The notes under the pieces: generated by a model
Databases searched by the model: none
What the model was told of the DNA's origin: nothing
The model's input: the letters and a program-made list of their open reading frames with translations, nothing else
In this document: piece after piece, positions 17,317 through 25,171 of the stretch
Numbering within the stretch: the stretch's first letter is position 1
Layout of the letters: every line of letters starts with the position of its first letter
Source of the DNA: a virus
Strand: one strand, 5' to 3'
Length of the DNA: 37,654 bases
Virus record (IMG/VR): IMGVR_UViG_3300014774_000003
Coordinates: 1 to 37,654 of that record
Translations under genes and position numbers: made by a program

Positions 17317-17930
17317 GCTGCCACCTCCTTTGGATTCAGCTCATAAATGATCTGATCAATTTTTTGATTAAACTTAATCACTGACTGTTCAATTCCCGCG
17401 ATATCCAAATCCTCTGCATTCACCCGGATAACCACCAACTGCAAATGCTCAGGCAGGCGAGGGTCGTAGCTCACAAAGTCACACCACTTGCGACGAGTGC
17501 AGGCCAATTGCCAGGTGATCTGTGGCACATATTCATTTGGAACCTCACCGGTTAAAACGGTATTCAAATGAGTCTGGGAACTTGGACACTTCACCTCCAG
17601 TTGCCCATCTTGATCAACCAGACCATCAGGACTTGCACCACTCATTTTGATAGCCGGGTGATCAATCAGGCCTGTGCCAACTACAAAATTACCGGTTTCA
17701 TTTTCATAAGCTGCAATCGCATAAGGTTCTTGATCAATACCCCATTGCATCAGGCTATTGGTTTTGGTTTCCTCCTGAACGCCGGTTAGGCGCTCAGTCA
17801 GAATTGTTAGGGTTAAGGCATTGTGAGCCTTACCTTTAACTGGTTTGGCATCGATATCCTTGATTCGGCTTGCAGTGATTTTTCCGCACCGGTCTGCATG
17901 CCAGTCTTCACTACGCTGGAGAATGGTCAT
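17313..17930 (-). CDS. exo: Exonuclease, YqaJ / lambda Exo-like (PD-(D/E)XK)
   Basis: EDWHADRCGKITASRI N-terminus, and SPDGL ... LEVKCP parallels lambda Exo SPDGL ... LELKCP. Lies directly downstream of bet. Confidence 0.8.
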   Translation of the reverse strand: MTILQRSEDWHADRCGKITASRIKDIDAKPVKGKAHNALTLTILTERLTGVQEETKTNSLMQWGIDQEPYAIAAYENETGNFVVGTGLIDHPAIKMSGASPDGLVDQDGQLEVKCPSSQTHLNTVLTGEVPNEYVPQITWQLACTRRKWCDFVSYDPRLPEHLQLVVIRVNAEDLDIAGIEQSVIKFNQKIDQIIYELNPKEVAA

Positions 17931-18771
17931 AGGTTTCCCCTTGGCGTGCTAAGGCTTGATCTGCGAGTTCAGCAACCGCTTTTAAATTGATTGAATGGCT
18001 CGTCCAGAAGTAATTTTTACAATTGCCTTTTGGTAGGGCCACATAAGCCGCTTGCAATCGTTTTGATCCGAACTGTGCTTCATTTTGAAGGTGTACCAAA
18101 TGCTCGTTTTCAAATTCTTGGTATCCCTCTGGAATCACATTATCAGTCTGGCCTTGCACGGTTTTAATTGTGCCGCTTTCTTGAATACGCTCTGCTTCGT
18201 CCTGGTCGTAAATACCAACAAAACCAAAAGCCAAACGAGCACATTGAATTAAAGCCTTGTGGCGCAAAAAGCGTTTAGGATGTGACTGCCAAGGACCTGC
18301 AAAACCATTAGCGCCCATTGGTTCACGATACACTTCATCCAGATATTCACGAACAACAGTAGGGCGGTCCCGATCCTTGCGATAAATCAGGCAATCCACC
18401 CATTCAGGGCAATCAACCTTGGCTTTATTCATGCGGACCATATTTTCCGAAAACACAAACTCAATGCCGTTCAGGTTTGGATTGCTGTTAATAATTCGGG
18501 ACCAACCATCCACACCGACCACAGGGATAATTCCCTTATTCTTGTCTGGAAATGCATAGATTTCCTTGGTCCATGGATTCAACTTGTATTGACTCGCCAC
18601 AATCATTAATGCGCCCATTTGTGCATCTGAAATTTCCTTATCGGATTTAAATGCAGTCTGGATCAGTGTTTGCTTTAATTCTTGCGGATCAACATTGTGT
18701 AACCCTAAAACTTCAGCAAGTTGAATAATTTGAGCAGCTACTAGGCCTTGGTGTTGTACTGGTGCATTCAT
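17911..18771 (-). CDS. bet: Single-strand annealing recombinase, lambda Bet homologue
   Basis: LNPWTKEIYAFPDKNKGIIPVVGVDGWSRIIN and GPWQSHPKRFLRHKALIQCARLAFGFVGIYDQDEAERI are near-identical to remembered lambda Bet segments. Confidence 0.9.
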   Translation of the reverse strand: MNAPVQHQGLVAAQIIQLAEVLGLHNVDPQELKQTLIQTAFKSDKEISDAQMGALMIVASQYKLNPWTKEIYAFPDKNKGIIPVVGVDGWSRIINSNPNLNGIEFVFSENMVRMNKAKVDCPEWVDCLIYRKDRDRPTVVREYLDEVYREPMGANGFAGPWQSHPKRFLRHKALIQCARLAFGFVGIYDQDEAERIQESGTIKTVQGQTDNVIPEGYQEFENEHLVHLQNEAQFGSKRLQAAYVALPKGNCKNYFWTSHSINLKAVAELADQALARQGETYDHSPA

Positions 18772-18782
18772 GTTCTTATTCC

Positions 18783-19793
18783 TTAAAATATGATTGAAAC
18801 GTGAGGAATGCGACCTTTATAAATCGCAGCCAAGATGCTTTTCGCAAGTTGTTCATTCACACCAGGCAATAAAGCAAGATGCTCAAGTGCTTCCGCACAA
18901 ACCTTCTTTGTGTGAGCCTCATCAGCCAAACGTGCTTCTTCCGCTTTACGCTCAGCCTCAGCTTTGGCAGCCTGTTCAGCCTCAATACGCTTACGTTCAT
19001 TTTCAGCAGCCTGCACGGCACGTAACTCGGCAGCTTCTTTTTCGGCCTTCAATCGAGCTTCACGCTGTTCTGCTTCAGCCTTTTCACGTTGGACACGTGC
19101 AGCTTCAAAACGTGCTTTTTCTTCCGCCTCACGAGTAGCTTTTTCAGCAGCTTCACGGGCAATACGTTCTTCATGTTCACGCTGCAAACGAGCTTGTTCA
19201 GCTTGGCGAAGGCGTTCTAATTCAGCCTGTTCTGCTTCGTATTTTTCACGGGATGCAAGGGCAGTGCGTAGTGCTTCCAGTGTTTCAAATTTGGCAAGCT
19301 TGGCTTGTTCCTCGTATTCCTCAAGGGATGAGTCAAGGGTTTTGCCTTCAAGAGTTGCGATAGCCTCTTTAATAGATATTGAATCCCATTCACCACACAA
19401 CGATGCATGCATGCGAATTACATCAATAAATTGCTCATGCTTCGCCACACGATCCTTTTCAGCCTGCTCCCAAGCATCACGCGGTGCCAAGATTTCATTG
19501 CGAAGTTCATCAAACTTTTTAACAGTCGCAATGCGGTCATCATCAATAACTTTGATTTGGGCCTTTTGTTCAGCGACCAATTCCTTGCCACACTTCTCAA
19601 TAAAAGTCTTGGATTTACTGATTTTCAAAGCAAGTGATCCGATCTGGTCACGGCCTTTTTTAGTGCTCACATCTGGAACATGAGAGCGCGCTTCTTGAGC
19701 AATACGCTCGAATAATTCAGCGGTGCCACCTGGCTTACGGAATGCAGCAACAACAACATTTTGATCTGCAATTTCTAATTCGAATTTTTCCAT
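18783..19793 (-). CDS. Coiled-coil protein with a long E/R/K/A-rich helix (DUF1351-like; occupies the gam position)
   Basis: GAGGTGG SD precedes ATG 19793 (MEKFELEIADQN...). About 100 residues of AEQAELERLRQAEQARLQREHEERIAREAAEK... Confidence 0.55.
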   Translation of the reverse strand: MEKFELEIADQNVVVAAFRKPGGTAELFERIAQEARSHVPDVSTKKGRDQIGSLALKISKSKTFIEKCGKELVAEQKAQIKVIDDDRIATVKKFDELRNEILAPRDAWEQAEKDRVAKHEQFIDVIRMHASLCGEWDSISIKEAIATLEGKTLDSSLEEYEEQAKLAKFETLEALRTALASREKYEAEQAELERLRQAEQARLQREHEERIAREAAEKATREAEEKARFEAARVQREKAEAEQREARLKAEKEAAELRAVQAAENERKRIEAEQAAKAEAERKAEEARLADEAHTKKVCAEALEHLALLPGVNEQLAKSILAAIYKGRIPHVSIIF

Positions 19794-19794
19794 C

Positions 19795-20301
19795 TCAAAC
19801 CACCTCTTCAAATAACTGTTCCGCGTACTCATTCACAAGACGCTGAAATTCCTGAATCTGCTCATCATTCAGCGTAAATGTCTGACCTTCCTCAGCTTCA
19901 AAATTCCAAACATCCAGCAAAGTCACAGGCGTATCTTTCACAACCAGCCAAGAATCAATATCCACTGGCTCATCAAATCGAGCATCCCTATTCGAGCTAC
20001 GCATTTCAGTCATCGTGTGAGGCAATACAGGCATTGAACAATCAGCCGTTGCATACAGGTTTTCACCAATCTGACGATATAAACCAAAGGTCAGCACGTT
20101 ATCTTCAATCGAAATATCAGAATCAACCTTGAAACTTGGCAGGTCTGAAAAGTACAAATCACGGGTGAAATCTTCATTTACCTTGCAGTCAGTTACCTTG
20201 GTGCTATGACCATCACGGCACAGGAATAAGGACTGGTTTCCGATGTGGCTAATAGGTCGCATTGCCGCACCACATCCACAGAATTGAGCGTAAGTATTCA
20301 T
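19795..20301 (-). CDS. Hypothetical protein (Cys-rich N-terminus)
   Basis: ATGA-coupled. FCGCG ... LFLCRDGH suggests a zinc ribbon. Confidence 0.5.
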   Translation of the reverse strand: MNTYAQFCGCGAAMRPISHIGNQSLFLCRDGHSTKVTDCKVNEDFTRDLYFSDLPSFKVDSDISIEDNVLTFGLYRQIGENLYATADCSMPVLPHTMTEMRSSNRDARFDEPVDIDSWLVVKDTPVTLLDVWNFEAEEGQTFTLNDEQIQEFQRLVNEYAEQLFEEVV

Positions 20302-20645
20302 TTCACACCCCCTACAATCGCAGCATTAATCTTTTCAATCTCATAACGATCAACATAGGCATTAATCGTCTTGTCAAAATGCACCACATTCAAAATGTCC
20401 AGAAACTCAACAGAAGCATCGTCCAAGGCATATTCAACATAGATGCTGTAATCGTCAGCCTTAACAGTAGCGATGCAGGTTTCATGGCAAGTACGTTTAA
20501 GCACTTCATATTTTTGAGCGGTGATAACCACTTGAGGATTATCATCAGCGACTTTGGCAGGCTGGAAAGCGTAAGCTACTGCTATCCCCGCGCTGATTGA
20601 TGCTGCAATTAATGCAGACTTGAGAATATTGAATTTAGTTGTCAT
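20298..20645 (-). CDS. Secreted or membrane-anchored small protein
   Basis: GGAGG sits 5 nt before ATG 20645. Signal-peptide-like MTTKFNILKSALIAASISAGIAVAYA. Confidence 0.55.
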   Translation of the reverse strand: MTTKFNILKSALIAASISAGIAVAYAFQPAKVADDNPQVVITAQKYEVLKRTCHETCIATVKADDYSIYVEYALDDASVEFLDILNVVHFDKTINAYVDRYEIEKINAAIVGGVK

Positions 20646-21138
20646 GGCTGCCTCCAAGCTTAAACTTAGGCAGCGGGATTGGTTGATTTGCATGAAAGGC
20701 ATCAATCATTTCTTGAGTGACAGCAATTTCTTCATCGTGATCAATTTCCCAGAAAGAGACATTCAGATGTTTTTCAGCCCAAGCTTTTAAGGAGTTGCTC
20801 AATTCAGCTTTTGCTTCATCACCAACACTATCCGATCCTGTATTACCATCAGTGAAATCACCCGGATAATTGTCATAAATGCGCAGGTCGTAATTTTCCA
20901 AAACTTCATCAGCATCCATGATGAATTGAGTAGGTGATGGCTGGCGCTTGATACCAGTAAGGAAGGTGTTGCCAACCTCTAATACGTCGTCATCAAGCAT
21001 GTCTGCCAAAGCTTCAGCAGGATTTTCATAGTCAGACCAATTATCTTCACCGCGATAGCTGAAAACTCGATCAGCATTCAACTTGCCTTCATCAACTTTT
21101 GTATTCATAATAATTTCACTCACTGTACGGTGGGTCAT
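20635..21138 (-). CDS. Highly acidic early protein (first gene of the leftward operon)
   Basis: D/E-rich throughout. Alternative start at ATG 21108 (MNTKVDEGK...). Confidence 0.5.
   Translation of the reverse strand: MTHRTVSEIIMNTKVDEGKLNADRVFSYRGEDNWSDYENPAEALADMLDDDVLEVGNTFLTGIKRQPSPTQFIMDADEVLENYDLRIYDNYPGDFTDGNTGSDSVGDEAKAELSNSLKAWAEKHLNVSFWEIDHDEEIAVTQEMIDAFHANQPIPLPKFKLGGSHDN
21083..21111 (+). promoter_or_regulatory. Candidate sigma70 promoter for a small antisense RNA
   Basis: TTGCCT (21083..21088), 17-nt spacer, CATAAT (21106..21111), on the strand opposite all surrounding genes. Confidence 0.35.
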
Positions 21139-21179
21139 GCCTCAGGTTGTTACAGCAACGCTGGGGCTTTTCTTTGTTT
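21118..21179 (+). ncRNA. Candidate ~55-60-nt antisense RNA covering the SD and ATG 21138 of the first PL gene
   Basis: Strong plus-oriented intrinsic terminator: GCCTCAG(GTTG-TTACAG-CAAC)gCTGGGGC at 21139..21167, then TTTTCTTTGTTT. No plus-strand gene lies upstream. A promoter sits about 30 nt upstream. Confidence 0.4.
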
Positions 21180-21189
21180 CGATGAAATT

Positions 21190-21219
21190 AATATAACTTA
21201 AGTTATAAAGAAGTGTCAA
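21190..21219 (-). promoter_or_regulatory. PL-like early leftward promoter with palindromic operator
   Basis: Minus strand TTGACA (21219..21214), 18-nt spacer, TATATT (21195..21190). The perfect palindrome TATAACTTAAGTTATA at 21192..21207 overlaps the spacer and -10. Confidence 0.6.
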
Positions 21220-21264
21220 TAACATAGAGAATATTATTTATAATATTTGTTATAACGGTTGTAA

Positions 21265-21290
21265 TAAAAAAGGCGCTACATAAGCGCCTT
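21265..21290 (-). terminator. Intrinsic terminator after the repressor gene
   Basis: The minus strand reads AAGGCGC-TTATGTA-GCGCCTT followed by TTTTT. Confidence 0.7.
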
Positions 21291-21305
21291 TATAATTTAG
21301 GGTAT

Positions 21306-22028
21306 TTACATTGATCCGCCCTTCCAGCAGATGCGACCTTCAATTTCTATTTTTTCTCTAATTTCTTCTAGTGACAGTATGATGTCTGGATACTGAACCT
21401 TGTCCGGATTGTCCGATCTGATTACCCAGTGCGTCACCATATTGATAAGGCGTTTCACATAATATTGCTCATCAATACACAGGAAATAAACCTTATTTGA
21501 TTTTGGTGTGTTGTCGTGTGGATTAACTAAAAGCACCTGACCATCTTCAATAGAAGGGTACATGCTTTCGCCTTTCGCATAGATCACACGCAGATCATCT
21601 GGATTAGGTAAGCCTTGCTCTCTAATCCACTGTCGACTAAATACGAGACCACCCTTAACCTCCACACTGTCTATGATAGAGCCACCGCCACATGAGCCAT
21701 AGATATCAAACTGAGGAACAAGAATATATTCATCAACGCTTGGCTTTTCACCTGGGTTTTCACCACCGACCACAACAAAGTCATTAAGGCTTCCAGACTG
21801 CTTCTTTATGTACTCTTTCCCATAGATCAGATAATCCACTGAGGTATTTAAAGCCTTCGCTACCTGAGCAATATATTTTGAGTTATCAGTCTCATTATTC
21901 TCAATTTTAGAAATAGCGGCTTGCGACACCTCTGACTTTTTAGCCAGTGCCGATTGTGACAATCCCAATCTAGTGCGTGCCTCTCTAACTCGATCACCAC
22001 AAGTTAAACCAACCATAAGAAGACCCAT
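21306..22028 (-). CDS. cI: CI-like repressor (XRE HTH plus S24 LexA-type autopeptidase)
   Basis: HTH LGLSQSALAKKSEVSQAAISKIE. S24 Ser in GESMYP and Lys in YYVKRL. Divergent from cro. Confidence 0.9.
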   Translation of the reverse strand: MGLLMVGLTCGDRVREARTRLGLSQSALAKKSEVSQAAISKIENNETDNSKYIAQVAKALNTSVDYLIYGKEYIKKQSGSLNDFVVVGGENPGEKPSVDEYILVPQFDIYGSCGGGSIIDSVEVKGGLVFSRQWIREQGLPNPDDLRVIYAKGESMYPSIEDGQVLLVNPHDNTPKSNKVYFLCIDEQYYVKRLINMVTHWVIRSDNPDKVQYPDIILSLEEIREKIEIEGRICWKGGSM

Positions 22029-22065
22029 AACAAATAATTACCTGTGTAATAATTTAACGTAATTT

Positions 22066-22126
22066 AAAATAACATGGATTATTGACTTGTCAAAACAAAA
22101 GTTATAAATTATAACCTAAGTTATAA
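22066..22126. promoter_or_regulatory. Divergent PRM-like / PR-like promoters and operator
   Basis: PR: TTGACT 22082..22087, 17-nt spacer, TAAATT 22105..22110. Candidate PRM: minus strand TTGACA 22093..22088, 16-nt spacer, TATTTT. Operator TATAACCTAAGTTATA at 22110..22125 (15/16 identical to the PL copy), plus a GTTATAA half-site at 22101..22107. Confidence 0.55.
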
Positions 22127-22139
22127 GGAAGGTCGTTCT

Positions 22140-22358
22140 ATGAATTGGGAATCGATTATTAATCAATTGTTGGAAAAGATGACCCAAAAGGAATTAGCGG
22201 CTTTGGCTGGTTGTTCTCAGCCGTTTATCTCTTTGCTGTCATCTGGTCAGCGAAAGAATGTGGATTATGAAACAGGGCAGAAACTTATTTCTCTTTGCGT
22301 AATTCATGAAGTTGAAACCACCAGAAACGAGAAAGCCCCAGCTACCGCAAATAGCTAG
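22140..22358 (+). CDS. cro: Cro-like HTH regulator
   Basis: 72 aa. MTQKELAALAGCSQPFISLLSSGQR HTH. AAGGAAGG SD. Divergent from cI. Confidence 0.75.
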   Translation: MNWESIINQLLEKMTQKELAALAGCSQPFISLLSSGQRKNVDYETGQKLISLCVIHEVETTRNEKAPATANS

Positions 22359-22365
22359 GGCTTTT
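22337..22365 (+). terminator. Weak terminator-like hairpin at the end of cro
   Basis: CCC-AGCTA-CCGCAAA-TAGCT-a-GGG followed by CTTTTGTG. The stem is imperfect. Confidence 0.3.
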
Positions 22366-22391
22366 GTGTCTAAATCCTAGGAGATTCAAAC

Positions 22392-23042
22392 ATGAATATG
22401 TTAGCACAATTTTCTACAAATCAAGCCAGTATGTCAAGTCGAGATTTGCTCGACCTGATTAATCAAGTTCGATCTGATCTGGGCGAACCATTACTTCGCC
22501 TAAATAGTTTTAACTTGAAAATTGAGGATGAGCTTGATGGAGAGAACTACACAAAAAATGTAGTTCAAAATTTCAACAATACAGAGTCAGTTGTTTTTGA
22601 ATTAACAATTGACCAATGCATGCTGATTGGCATGCGTGAATCGAAAGCGGTTCGCAAAAATGTACTGGCGATTCTGAAGCAAAAGCAGTTACCTCAATCT
22701 TTTTCCGAAGCCCTTCAACTGGCAGCCGACCAAGCCCGCCAATTAGAACTCGCAGCACCCAAAGTCCAATACTTTGACACAGTAGTCGAGCGCTCAACAC
22801 TTCTAAACGCTACCCAAGTTGCTCAAAAGCTCGGCATGTCAGCTATGGCAATGAATAAACACCTTGATCAACTGAATGTCTACAGCCGTGGCGTTAAGCG
22901 TGCACGTGTATTCCAGCAATGGTTTATTGATAAAGGCTTTGGTGAGCTTAAGCAAACCGAGCTTGGCTTTTCGCAACCAATGTTCACCACAAAAGGCGAG
23001 GCTTGGGTTATCGAGAAGTTGGTTGGTGAGGGGGTGGCGTAA
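22392..23042 (+). CDS. Antirepressor-type regulator (Rha-like N-terminus, KilA-C / ANT-like C-terminus)
   Basis: MSSRDLLDLINQVR is Rha-like. APKVQYFDTVVERSTLLNATQVAQKLGMSAMAMNKHL is KilAC-like. AGGAG SD. Confidence 0.6.
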   Translation: MNMLAQFSTNQASMSSRDLLDLINQVRSDLGEPLLRLNSFNLKIEDELDGENYTKNVVQNFNNTESVVFELTIDQCMLIGMRESKAVRKNVLAILKQKQLPQSFSEALQLAADQARQLELAAPKVQYFDTVVERSTLLNATQVAQKLGMSAMAMNKHLDQLNVYSRGVKRARVFQQWFIDKGFGELKQTELGFSQPMFTTKGEAWVIEKLVGEGVA

Positions 23043-23836
23043 TGTATTACTACTCAAAGCACATCGGTGACTACCGTTCAGCCACAGCGCATTTAGACCT
23101 GTTGCATCACGGTGTTTATCAATACCTCATGGAAACTTGCTACATGAATGAGCAGCCTTTGCCGATTGAAGTGGCAAAAGTATGTCGTTTATGTGGTGCG
23201 CGCACCCAGGAAGAAAAAGAAGCCGTTCAGAATATTTTGGATGAATTTTTCACCTTAACTGAAAAAGGGTGGGTGAATAGTCGTGTTGAAAAAGAGATTA
23301 ATGCGTACCACGCCAACTCAGATAAAAATCGCGCCAATGGGGCCAAAGGTGGCCGACCTCGTAAGAATAAAACCCAAAATAACCCAGTGGGTTTTGATTC
23401 GGTTTCATCTGGGTTAGAAAATGACGCAAATTCAAAACCCAATCAAAAGGCAACCATAAACCATAAACCATTAACCAATAACCATGAACCAATAACCAGT
23501 AACCAATATATATATACGTTCGACCTCGATTATGTGAACGCCAATTTATTGAAGTCTGGACGCAAACCAGTTGACCAGAAATACATCGATCAACTGCAAC
23601 CACAATTCGAGTTGTACTACGCAAACCAACCCATGGTTGATAACAAAGCGCTAGTGAAATTTGTTCAATGGATTATGCGCAATCAGGATCAACCTCAAAA
23701 ACAACAATCCATCACCAAAACCACAGCTCAGATTCTCGCTGAACAACGTATGCAGTTAGACCAGCAGCAAGGACAGGTGATTGATGTTGGTGAACCAAAA
23801 AAGCCATTACTGATTGAGGAGGTGGGTCGTGCATAA
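23042..23836 (+). CDS. Replication initiator-like protein (DUF1376 / YdaU family)
   Basis: MYYYSKHIGDYRSATAHLDLLHHGVYQYLMETCY matches the DUF1376 N-terminus. TAATG-coupled. Contains the iteron array. Confidence 0.65.
   Translation: MYYYSKHIGDYRSATAHLDLLHHGVYQYLMETCYMNEQPLPIEVAKVCRLCGARTQEEKEAVQNILDEFFTLTEKGWVNSRVEKEINAYHANSDKNRANGAKGGRPRKNKTQNNPVGFDSVSSGLENDANSKPNQKATINHKPLTNNHEPITSNQYIYTFDLDYVNANLLKSGRKPVDQKYIDQLQPQFELYYANQPMVDNKALVKFVQWIMRNQDQPQKQQSITKTTAQILAEQRMQLDQQQGQVIDVGEPKKPLLIEEVGRA
23452..23517. repeat. Candidate origin: 7-bp-periodic AACCA array followed by (TA)5
   Basis: AACCAT AAACCAT AAACCAT TAACCAA TAACCAT GAACCAA TAACCAG TAACCAA followed by TATATATATA, all inside the initiator gene linker. 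Confidence 0.5.
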
Positions 23837-24512
23837 CGGGATCGCCTTAGACAAGGCACGCGAATACTACGACATCATGCAAGTGATGTATGGACACAAG
23901 TTCATTAGCCAATTTAACGGCATGACTGACCTAAATCGCATTTTAAACATCATCAACGGTGCTTTGGCAATGTTGAGTGATGAGCAATTTCAAAAGGGCA
24001 TGGCTCAGTTGAATGCAAAAGCTGGATCAGGTGATTTCTGCCCAACACTTTCTGATTTTAAAGCTTGGTGTATGGCTGGCAGCTGGTGGACAGCAACAGA
24101 GGCTTGGCAACGCGCTTGTGATTACTCAAATCAATCAGAGCTTGAGTTGCTGGAGGGGAAGTTGAAAGTCACCACACTGACCAAAAAAGCATGGGATTCG
24201 GCTTATTGGTTGGTTGAGCAGGGAAGCATGAAGGAGGCTTTCAAGCAGTTCAAATCAATCTATGAAACCTACTTGGCTAAAGCACAAATGCAAGGCCGTC
24301 AGCAAGAGTGGTATGCGCCACCGAAGATGATTGGTACAGCAGCTATTCCAAAGGGCAAGCCTAAATCGTGGCTACCTGAACCAACACCGGAGGAAAAGGC
24401 TTGGGTGGAAAGCAAAGTAAAGGAATTTCAAGAAAAAGGATTGTCTTTACCGATGGCAATGATGAATGCCATGAAGTTGAAGTATGAGCAAAGCGTTGGG
24501 GGTGGGGTGTGA
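23829..24512 (+). CDS. Lambda P-like replication protein (helicase loader)
   Basis: FCPTLSDFKAWC parallels lambda P FLPSPGQFVAWC. GAGGAGG sits 6 nt before GTG 23829 (the track uses TTG 23814). Confidence 0.6.
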   Translation: MHNGIALDKAREYYDIMQVMYGHKFISQFNGMTDLNRILNIINGALAMLSDEQFQKGMAQLNAKAGSGDFCPTLSDFKAWCMAGSWWTATEAWQRACDYSNQSELELLEGKLKVTTLTKKAWDSAYWLVEQGSMKEAFKQFKSIYETYLAKAQMQGRQQEWYAPPKMIGTAAIPKGKPKSWLPEPTPEEKAWVESKVKEFQEKGLSLPMAMMNAMKLKYEQSVGGGV

Positions 24513-25171
24513 AAAACAGATTCTATTTACGTTCACCGTATGGCAATACCGGTTCAAACATGGTTTTTCATGCGATTGATGGCAAGGGCTACACCTCGGA
24601 TTTAGATTTAGCTCATGTTTATACACTGGAAGAAGCGCAAAAGGAGTGGGAATTAGCTCGTGATGGCGAGTATCCAATTTCCGCAGATCATATTGATTCA
24701 CTGAGCATCTGGAAGGTAGATCACCAATATTTACCATCAAAATCAGACTTAAGCCCATCTGATAAATATGTGCTTTTTGTTAAAGGCATCTGGGATGGAA
24801 ACGATGTTTACTGGAGCGATTTGAATGGTAATAAATCAACCAATTTTTTACATGCTCAAATAATTGGACGCACAGCTGCTGAGTGCATTAACCACAATGA
24901 TTATGTAGTGGTGCCTTTTGAATTGGCAGATAAGAAAAAACGTCGGACATTTAATTTTGCTTTGCTTAATCATAGAAAAATGATGATTGCAGCAGGCTTA
25001 AGAACTCCAGAACGCATAAAGAAAGCACGTCGTAGAGTCATAAACCCAATGACCCGATTTAACTGCCCAGCATGCGGAAAAATTAACTGGCAACACAATC
25101 CATATGATTTTGATGGATGTAAGCATTGCGATGAAGGCATGCATATTAGTTTTCAGTGGGGTGCCGCATGA
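24509..25171 (+). CDS. Hypothetical protein with C-terminal zinc ribbon
   Basis: GTGA overlap with the upstream gene. NCPACGKINW ... GCKHCDEG. Confidence 0.5.
   Translation: MKNRFYLRSPYGNTGSNMVFHAIDGKGYTSDLDLAHVYTLEEAQKEWELARDGEYPISADHIDSLSIWKVDHQYLPSKSDLSPSDKYVLFVKGIWDGNDVYWSDLNGNKSTNFLHAQIIGRTAAECINHNDYVVVPFELADKKKRRTFNFALLNHRKMMIAAGLRTPERIKKARRRVINPMTRFNCPACGKINWQHNPYDFDGCKHCDEGMHISFQWGAA

Noticed and set aside
18964-19683. 239-aa plus-strand ORF (S/A/R-rich)
   Set aside because: It lies entirely antisense to the E/A/K/R-rich coiled-coil gene, and its composition is the mirror of GAA/GCT-type repeats. It has no SD and no neighbouring plus-strand genes. It is a reverse-frame artefact.
23452-23517. 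7-bp periodic array as a CRISPR array or simple microsatellite
   Set aside because: The period is 7 bp with no spacers, so it is not CRISPR. The units vary at the flanking base and sit in frame within a coding linker. It is better explained as iteron/ori-like DNA.
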